A DNA stretch of 64,000 nt from Chloroflexota bacterium (lineage in GTDB: Bacteria > Chloroflexota > Chloroflexia > QHBQ01), in NCBI GenBank assembly GCA_043754535.1, contig JAYUUN010000001.1, positions 461-64,460 on the forward strand. The letters are read 5' to 3'. Below, piece by piece: positions 58,381-64,000 of the stretch (the first letter of the stretch is position 1; each line of letters begins with the position of its first letter). Both the position numbers and the translations under genes were made by a program. The notes under the pieces were generated by a model. It searched no databases, was not told the DNA's origin, and was given only the letters and a program-made list of their open reading frames with translations.

Positions 58381-59223
58381 ATGAGCAAAATACTGGTTGT
58401 TGACGACGAGCCAAATATCATTGAGGCGATCGAGGAGAACCTGAAGCGCGAGGGCTACCAGACTGTGCGGGCGCACTCTGGCGAGGAGGCTCTGGCAATG
58501 ATGCCGCAGGAGCAGCCTGACCTGGTGCTGCTTGACCTGACGTTGCCCGGCATGGACGGCTACGAAGTATGTCGCCAAATGCAGCAGGATGTGCGCCTAA
58601 TTCATATCCCTGTGATCATGCTCACGGCGCGCTCCTCTACTCCAGACAAGGTGATGGGCTACCAGAAGGGGGCTGACGACTATATCACCAAGCCCTTCGA
58701 CGCGGACGAGTTGCTGGTGCGGGTGCGATCCCAACTGCACCACCTCTATCATGAAGATGTCTCCGAGCTAACCGGCCTACCTGGTAGCCAGGCAGTTGAA
58801 GACGCGATCCAGGGGCGCACCGAGTCAGCAGAGCAACCCTGGTCAATCGTCTACATCGATATTGATCGCTTCACCGACTTCAACGAAACCTTTAGCTACA
58901 TTGAGGGGGACGAGATGATCCGCACCGCTGCCACTATCCTGCGCGAAGTAATGGATCAGGAGGGTAATGGCAGCGACTTCCTCGGCCACGAAGGTGGTGA
59001 CGACTTTGTGATCATCACCACCCCGGAACGCACAAAGGGGCTGATCGAGATGGCCACCACTCGCTTCAACCAGGCGGCCCCAGACTTCTACCCGCCCGAT
59101 GCACGTACCAATGGCTACATTATGGTGACTGCCCACGACGGCAAGTTGGATCGTAGCCCGCTGGTTTCGTTGGCCTTTGATGTTGTAGATAATCAACCAC
59201 TAGCCTTGACAGATGAACACTAG
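58381..59223 (+). CDS. response regulator: REC domain plus divergent GGDEF-like domain (GGDDF)
   Basis: ILVVDDEPN, DLVLLDLTLPGMDG, YITKPF. Then YIDIDRFTDFNETFSYIEGDEM and HEGGDDFVII. No RxxD I-site or C-terminal helix seen. Confidence 0.75.
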   Translation: MSKILVVDDEPNIIEAIEENLKREGYQTVRAHSGEEALAMMPQEQPDLVLLDLTLPGMDGYEVCRQMQQDVRLIHIPVIMLTARSSTPDKVMGYQKGADDYITKPFDADELLVRVRSQLHHLYHEDVSELTGLPGSQAVEDAIQGRTESAEQPWSIVYIDIDRFTDFNETFSYIEGDEMIRTAATILREVMDQEGNGSDFLGHEGGDDFVIITTPERTKGLIEMATTRFNQAAPDFYPPDARTNGYIMVTAHDGKLDRSPLVSLAFDVVDNQPLALTDEH

Positions 59224-59234
59224 TGCGCTATAAT
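59206..59234 (+). promoter_or_regulatory. perfect consensus sigma70 promoter TTGACA-17-TATAAT for tRNA-Thr
   Basis: TTGACA 59206-59211 (inside the last codons of the regulator gene), 17-nt spacer, TATAAT 59229-59234. The tRNA 5' end is 10 nt downstream. Confidence 0.65.
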
Positions 59235-59244
59235 TGTGCTGATC

Positions 59245-59319
59245 GCCGACGTAGCTCAGCGGCAGAGCAGCTGTTTCGTAAACAGCAGGTCGTGGGTTCA
59301 AATCCCACTGTCGGCTCCA
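59245..59319 (+). tRNA. tRNA-Thr (anticodon CGU), CCA encoded
   Basis: Hand-folded cloverleaf: acceptor GCCGACG/TGTCGGC, D stem GCTC/GAGC, anticodon stem GCTGT/ACAGC with loop TTCGTAA, T stem GTGGG/CCCAC with TTCAAAT, discriminator T, CCA 59317-59319. Confidence 0.9.
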
Positions 59320-59466
59320 GCACACTGCGAAGCTTTATGCTTGTGGGTCTTGTACTTAGTGCAAGGCCTTTTTGCTGCTGTCGACCGGGCCTACCATCCG
59401 CTGGCGGCGGGCTGTGCCAGCGTGAAGTGCAGTCAGGGGGCGAGTTGCGCCAAGCAGCGAGAAGTG

Positions 59467-59475
59467 TGGTATAAT
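59467..59475 (+). promoter_or_regulatory. extended -10 promoter (TGGTATAAT), 7 nt before the darA ATG (leaderless candidate)
   Basis: TGGTATAAT-CACTGCC-ATG. There is no SD, and the start is fixed by homology (MKLILAVIQ). Confidence 0.55.
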
Positions 59476-59482
59476 CACTGCC

Positions 59483-59941
59483 ATGAAACTCATACTTGCC
59501 GTAATTCAGGGGCGTGATGTAGACGCTGCCCTCAGCCGCCTGGCCCAGCTACGGATTGGGGCAACGGTGATTACCAGCACGGGTGGTTTCCTGCGTGAGA
59601 GCAACTCTACTTTGATGATCGGGATCGCCGACGAGCAGTGGCCCGTCCTGGTGCAGACCTTTGGCGAAGTCTGCCGCACCCGTAGTCGCTACCTCAACCC
59701 GATGCCCACCCTGATGGAGCCAAGCGAGTTCTTTCTGCCCCAACCGATTGAAGTACAGGTGGGTGGGGCTAACCTTTTCGTGGTCGAGGTAGAACGTTTC
59801 GAGCGCATCTTACGTCTTGCCCCGGCAATACAGGGCCGGGTTGTACTATCGTCCTCTCCGATAGAGAGGGTAGGGGGCCTGGATGAGTTGTCCCTTTGTT
59901 GGCATCGCTACCCGAACAACAGTAGAGAGCGTGCAGGTTAG
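59483..59941 (+). CDS. darA: cyclic-di-AMP receptor DarA/PstA (YaaQ, PII-like) with ~40-aa C-terminal extension
   Basis: MKLILAVIQGRD..TSTGGFLRESNSTLMIGI..PIEVQVGGANLFVVEVERFERI is collinear with B. subtilis YaaQ (109 aa). The ORF continues to 152 aa. Confidence 0.75.
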   Translation: MKLILAVIQGRDVDAALSRLAQLRIGATVITSTGGFLRESNSTLMIGIADEQWPVLVQTFGEVCRTRSRYLNPMPTLMEPSEFFLPQPIEVQVGGANLFVVEVERFERILRLAPAIQGRVVLSSSPIERVGGLDELSLCWHRYPNNSRERAG

Positions 59942-60929
59942 CATCCGCATCTGCGGCGCAGTGCCGTATGAGCGCGACAACGACCCGGACGACCTGCCCT
60001 CACCTACCGTCTGCTTCTCCGAGCGCGAGTTTGAGGGCTGCTACCACTATCAGACGATGATGAAGCGGCGTGCCTTCTCCCGCCCACCACTGACCGATGG
60101 CGAAGGCAACATCCGCTTTGCCTGGCTGCCACAGGAGATGGCCGACTTCGCGACCGAGGACGATACGCGGGCTGCCCATACCAGCGAAGCACAGGGGTTG
60201 GGCGCAGAGCCAACCCAAAGCAAGGAGTTAGTTTTGGAGCATCTTTTGTCATACCCCATCTTGCAGGCTACGACCAGCACCAATAGCAGTGCTGGGGGCA
60301 TCAACTGGCTACAAATTATTGCTGTCGTCCTTGCCTTCTTTGGTGCCTACCTGGTTGCCTTCTGGCTCAGTCTGCTGGTCTGGACCTTCAAAGACATTAC
60401 AGCCCGCAGCCACGATCCGATCTCAGTGGTGATGGCGATGCTGCTTGCGATCCCACCCTTCATCGGCTGGCCGCTCTATATGATCCTGCGGCCAAAGGAG
60501 ACACTAGCCGAGTCCTACGAGCGTAGCCTGGAAGAAGAATACCTGATGCAGGATATCCAGGAGGCAGAAGTCTGCCCCACTTGCCGCTATCGGGTGCAGG
60601 AAGACTGGATGTACTGCGCGAACTGCCGTACCCGCCTGCGCCGCGATTGCGAGAACTGCCACCACCCGATCAACCTGCGCTGGCAAGCCTGCCCACACTG
60701 TGGCCGTGCTGTGACCGACGTGATGCACACCAGCCGCCTCGAACGCCAGAAAGACGTGCGCGCCCGCGCTACTACTGGCCTGCAACCGATCCCCACTGGT
60801 AGGCTGGGTGGCCCACCAACCCGCCGAGTGAATGGCACGAACGGCACTAATGGCACGAACACCACTAGCGCACTGAACGGCAACGGCAGCATAGCAGACA
60901 CCACAGTAGCTGCTGAGGAACGCCGCTGA
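59883..60929 (+). CDS. membrane protein with PLDc_N-like TM hairpin and double zinc-ribbon
   Basis: IIAVVLAFFGAYLVAFWLSLLVW..AMLLAIPPFIGWPLYMILRP, then CPTCRYRV..YCANCRTRL..CENCHHPI..CPHCGR. The start is uncertain: ATG 59883 overlaps darA, and ATG 60057 is the alternative. Confidence 0.5.
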   Translation: MSCPFVGIATRTTVESVQVSIRICGAVPYERDNDPDDLPSPTVCFSEREFEGCYHYQTMMKRRAFSRPPLTDGEGNIRFAWLPQEMADFATEDDTRAAHTSEAQGLGAEPTQSKELVLEHLLSYPILQATTSTNSSAGGINWLQIIAVVLAFFGAYLVAFWLSLLVWTFKDITARSHDPISVVMAMLLAIPPFIGWPLYMILRPKETLAESYERSLEEEYLMQDIQEAEVCPTCRYRVQEDWMYCANCRTRLRRDCENCHHPINLRWQACPHCGRAVTDVMHTSRLERQKDVRARATTGLQPIPTGRLGGPPTRRVNGTNGTNGTNTTSALNGNGSIADTTVAAEERR

Positions 60930-61059
60930 CCTCTGACTCCCACCCCTCTCCTGCTTTCGGGGGAGGGGATTTTGTTGGTTTAGCCATGCTGGTTGGAGAC
61001 CAACTCGCCGCCTGCCAGTTGTCAGCTGGGAGCGGCTGTGCTACAATCAGGCTAACCTT

Positions 61060-62769
61060 GTGGGGAGAGATGTGGAGAGTAATTTGTCGCAACCAGCAAC
61101 AACCGCTGCTGCCCGAACGGGCCTGCGCCTGGCTCACCTATGGCTACTCGTTCCCCTGGCCCTGATCTTCGTCCTTGCGGCGCGAGATGTGATCGAGACC
61201 TTCGACTTCTGGTGGAACGCCAAGAGTGGTGAGTGGATGGTGCAACAAGGGCAGATTCTGCTCAAGGACATACTGGTTTACAGTCCGGCGCGGGCGGGAA
61301 CGTACTACAACCCGCAATGGCTGGCCCAGGTGATCCTCTACCTGCTCTACGCGGCTGGCCCAGCTACCCTGCTCCTGTTCCGCGCCCTCTTGTTCAGCTT
61401 CGTGATCGGGCTGGCAATCTGGCACAGCCTACGGCGCAGCAACTCCTATCGCATCGCCAGCCTGATCGGGGTGCTGACCATCTTTACCGGCTTCACCAAC
61501 ATGGGTATCCGCCCGCAGATGCTCGTCTTCCCCCTGTTTATCAGCTACTACTTCATCCTCTTTGCCAGCCCATACCGGGGCAGCATCGCCAGCAGCGGCC
61601 AGCCCAGTGGAGACAGCCTGCTGGCGGAGCGCGGTAGCGTCTTTGGCATCGCCAGCGGGCCGCTGCACCCCAGGCTCGGCTGGAAGGTCTTTCTGCTGCC
61701 ACCGCTGATGGTGTTGTGGGTTAATATGCACGGCAGCTACTTCCTCGGCCTGATCCTGATTGGCATCTACGTGGTTGCCACCCTGATCGACCACCTGCGC
61801 CAGCCCGGGGAGCGGGCGTGGCTGCGGAGCGGGGAGTCCATTCGCCAAGCGGTAGCCTTTGCCCTTACCGGGCTGGCAGTGTTCGTCAACCCCTACCTGT
61901 TTGGCATCATCGAGTACTTCTTTGTTGCTACCAGCGACCCAACCGCTCGCCGCCTGAACAGCGAGTGGCAGCCACCGACGATCTACAATGGTACAGGGCT
62001 ACTGTTTCTGCTCAACCTGCTAGTCTTTGGCCTCTCGCTCTACTACTCGCGCCGCCGCCTCAACCTGGCCGACGCACTGCTCACCCTGGCCTTCCTCTAC
62101 CTCTCGCTCCTCTCGCTGCGGAACGTAGTCTGGTGGGGGTTGATCAGCGGCCCGATCATTGCAGCCAACCTTGCCTACCGCAGCCGCCAGACTGCGCCTG
62201 CCCTGCCCACTGCCGATCAGCAGGCGGAGGAGGCGGAGCCGCTGGCTGGCACGGTGGAGAGACCGCTGTTCAACTACCTGATTGCTGGGATGTTGCTGGC
62301 GGTCTGCCTGCTGTTCGTCCCCTACTGGCGGGTGCCACTGATTGCTGACAGCGAAGCGGGCTACTACGACGCATCGCGCCCGAAGGCGATTGCCGACTAC
62401 CTCAGTGCGGAGGTGGAGGCGGGTCGCCTGGAAGGACGCATCTTCAACTACATGGAATGGGGCGGTTACCTGGAGTACCGCCTCTATCCCCGCAAGCAGA
62501 TGTTCATTGATGGCCGCTTCGAGGCTCGTACCGAGAACGTCTGGCAGGACTACATCCGCATATCGGCTGGCTTTGCCGATTGGCAACTGCTCCTCCGCAA
62601 CCCCGACTACGGCGACATTCGTTGGCTTGTGCTGGACGCGACTTACCAGAAGAACCTGGTCACCCTGCTCAACCGCCAGGGTAGCGGCTGGCGGCGGGTG
62701 CTAACCGAGTACGTTGCTAGCGGCCAGCAGCAAGAACCACTGGGCTACCTCTACCAGCGTATCCGCTAA
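61060..62769 (+). CDS. polytopic membrane protein, possibly GT-C-like (hypothetical)
   Basis: About 12 hydrophobic segments, early loop ETFDFWWNAKSGEW, soluble C-terminal ~170 aa. TGCTACAAT at 61039-61047. The start is GTG 61060, 61072, or TTG 61084. Confidence 0.45.
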   Translation: MGRDVESNLSQPATTAAARTGLRLAHLWLLVPLALIFVLAARDVIETFDFWWNAKSGEWMVQQGQILLKDILVYSPARAGTYYNPQWLAQVILYLLYAAGPATLLLFRALLFSFVIGLAIWHSLRRSNSYRIASLIGVLTIFTGFTNMGIRPQMLVFPLFISYYFILFASPYRGSIASSGQPSGDSLLAERGSVFGIASGPLHPRLGWKVFLLPPLMVLWVNMHGSYFLGLILIGIYVVATLIDHLRQPGERAWLRSGESIRQAVAFALTGLAVFVNPYLFGIIEYFFVATSDPTARRLNSEWQPPTIYNGTGLLFLLNLLVFGLSLYYSRRRLNLADALLTLAFLYLSLLSLRNVVWWGLISGPIIAANLAYRSRQTAPALPTADQQAEEAEPLAGTVERPLFNYLIAGMLLAVCLLFVPYWRVPLIADSEAGYYDASRPKAIADYLSAEVEAGRLEGRIFNYMEWGGYLEYRLYPRKQMFIDGRFEARTENVWQDYIRISAGFADWQLLLRNPDYGDIRWLVLDATYQKNLVTLLNRQGSGWRRVLTEYVASGQQQEPLGYLYQRIR

Positions 62770-62770
62770 C

Positions 62771-62799
62771 TTGCCGCTGGCGATCAACTATGCTATCAT
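62771..62799 (+). promoter_or_regulatory. sigma70-type promoter TTGCCG-17-(TGC)TATCAT
   Basis: TTGCCG 62771-62776, TGCTATCAT 62791-62799, AAGGAGGA before ATG 62842. Confidence 0.5.
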
Positions 62800-62841
62800 T
62801 GCCTTGAGTGTAGCAGAGCAGCTATGCAAGGAGGAGCGACG

Positions 62842-64000
62842 ATGCAAGTAGAGAGCTTCGTGGTCAGGGGGCTGGGCCACTCGTCCTATCTGATCTACGC
62901 TGAGGGCAGCCAGACGGCGGCAGTGCTAGACCCCAAGCGCGATGTGTGGGACTACCTAGCGGCGGCGGAGCGGCGGGGAGTGCGGATCACCCACATCTTT
63001 GAGACGCACAACCACAACGATTTCGTCTCTGGCAGCCTGGAACTGGCGAGCGCGACTGGGGCGCAGGTGTGTGCCGCCGCCGAGTCGGGCATCAGCTACC
63101 AGTTTCTTCCTTTGCGCGAGGGGCAAGTAGTGCAAGCGGGTGGACTGGCCTTCGAGGTGATTGCCACCCCTGGTCACACCCCCGCCCATGTCAGCTTCAT
63201 CGTCAAGGATAGGCGCGAGGAGGTGCTGTTCAGCGGTGGCAGCCTGCTGGTCGGCACGGCAGGGCGCACCGACTTGCTCGGCAGTGACCAGACCGACGCG
63301 CTAACCCGCCTGCTCTACCACACTCTGCGCCGCCTGGCTCAGTTGCCCGCCAGCACCATCCTCTACCCCACGCATGGCAGCGGCTCCTTCTGCGCTAGCG
63401 GCAGCACTGGCGACGAACGCAGCAGCACCATTGGCCGCGAGCGGCTCAGTAACCCCGCCTTGCGCGACCTCAGCGAGGAGCAGTTTGTGCGGCAGCAGAC
63501 CAGCGGCCTCGGCTCCTTCCCCAGCTACTACCAGTTCATGCGGGGGATCAACACCGCCGGGCCGCGCCTGTTGCACCGCCTGCCTGATCCCCACCCTCTC
63601 AGCGTCGAGCGGGTCAGGGAACTGCTTGACCGCGACCATCTGTTGGTAGACGGGCGCAGGCCGCGTGACTTCAACGCCCTGCATATCGCGCGCGCCTACA
63701 ATGTAGAGCTTGGCGACCAGTTTGCCTCCTGGGTGGGCTGGATTACCCCCTTCAACGCCCCCATGCTGCTTGTCCTCGGCAATGAGGAGGAGGATTGGCA
63801 TGAGGCAAACACCCAGTTGCTCCGCATCGGCTATGAGCAGGTGGCGGGCCACCTCGCGGGTGGGCTGGAAGCGTGGGGGGCGGCAGGTCTGCCAGTGCAG
63901 ACTACAGAGCAGATCAAGGCTCACGACCTGCTGTCCTACCTTGAGCAAAATCCCGAAGTGCTGCTGTTGGATGTTCGCAACGAGAGCGAGTGGCAGGACT
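62842..64000 (+). CDS. MBL-fold hydrolase fused to rhodanese domain(s) (persulfide dioxygenase/sulfurtransferase-like), 3' end outside window
   Basis: My translation: IFETHNHNDFVSG (HxHxDH-like), ATPGHTPAHV, LYPTHGSGSFC, then rhodanese-like LVDGRRPRDFNALHIARAYN and LLLDVRNESEW. No stop before the window end, and it is not in the ORF track. Confidence 0.7.
   Translation, partial: MQVESFVVRGLGHSSYLIYAEGSQTAAVLDPKRDVWDYLAAAERRGVRITHIFETHNHNDFVSGSLELASATGAQVCAAAESGISYQFLPLREGQVVQAGGLAFEVIATPGHTPAHVSFIVKDRREEVLFSGGSLLVGTAGRTDLLGSDQTDALTRLLYHTLRRLAQLPASTILYPTHGSGSFCASGSTGDERSSTIGRERLSNPALRDLSEEQFVRQQTSGLGSFPSYYQFMRGINTAGPRLLHRLPDPHPLSVERVRELLDRDHLLVDGRRPRDFNALHIARAYNVELGDQFASWVGWITPFNAPMLLVLGNEEEDWHEANTQLLRIGYEQVAGHLAGGLEAWGAAGLPVQTTEQIKAHDLLSYLEQNPEVLLLDVRNESEWQD

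Noticed and set aside
59245-59319. tRNA-Thr as an integration hotspot for a genomic island.
   Set aside because: No integrase, no direct repeat of the tRNA 3' end and no compositional shift were seen downstream. The flanking genes look like ordinary chromosomal genes.
1-64000. Search for defence systems, toxin-antitoxin pairs, prophage or transposon genes, CRISPR arrays, retron/DGR reverse transcriptases.
   Set aside because: No nuclease/ATPase/RT/integrase-type motifs or repeat arrays were recognised in any frame. The hypothetical genes are isolated, not clustered. Absence is by eye only and should be confirmed with DefenseFinder/PADLOC and ISEScan.

Overview
Visibly GC-rich bacterial chromosomal segment (GC not computed). 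Gene content fits a Chloroflexota-like or other high-GC organism, but the taxon cannot be proven from this window. The supporting signs are many GT-C-type membrane glycosyltransferases, an amylosucrase, TGnTATAAT promoters and apparently leaderless genes. I support about 60 densely packed CDS on both strands and one tRNA-Thr(CGU). Housekeeping genes: pcrA, mnmA, moaD-moaE-moaA, ogg, nei, gpmI, gpsA, a TatD-family hydrolase, malic enzyme and darA. Carbohydrate genes: a GH39-like enzyme, a GH13 enzyme, a sugar ABC operon ending in amylosucrase plus a GH32/68-like enzyme, and a 1573-aa membrane-anchored GH35 fusion. Signalling genes: SpoIIE/PP2C phosphatases, a GAF histidine kinase, a REC-GGDEF-like regulator and a LysR regulator. 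I saw no rRNA, CRISPR array, transposase, integrase, phage genes, or recognisable defence or toxin-antitoxin genes. This therefore looks like core chromosome, not a classical accessory island, and I cannot point to a multi-gene novel system with confidence. The most unusual observations are: (1) a 936-aa tandem malic enzyme with an eroded N-terminal copy; (2) a GT-C-like membrane domain fused to a GH35 hydrolase; (3) an orphan Flp pilin gene directly upstream of a GT-C glycosyltransferase; (4) a roughly 60-aa FGYP/QWFERAR repeat shared by a secreted GH39-like enzyme and that GT-C protein; (5) several proteins with degraded catalytic motifs (SDR next to moaDEA, Nei with Ser2, a histidine kinase without ATP-lid motifs, a GGDDF regulator); (6) very clear consensus or extended -10 promoters, several placed 6-7 nt from the start codon, which implies leaderless mRNAs. 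All family calls are by-eye motif recognition. No database search was run.
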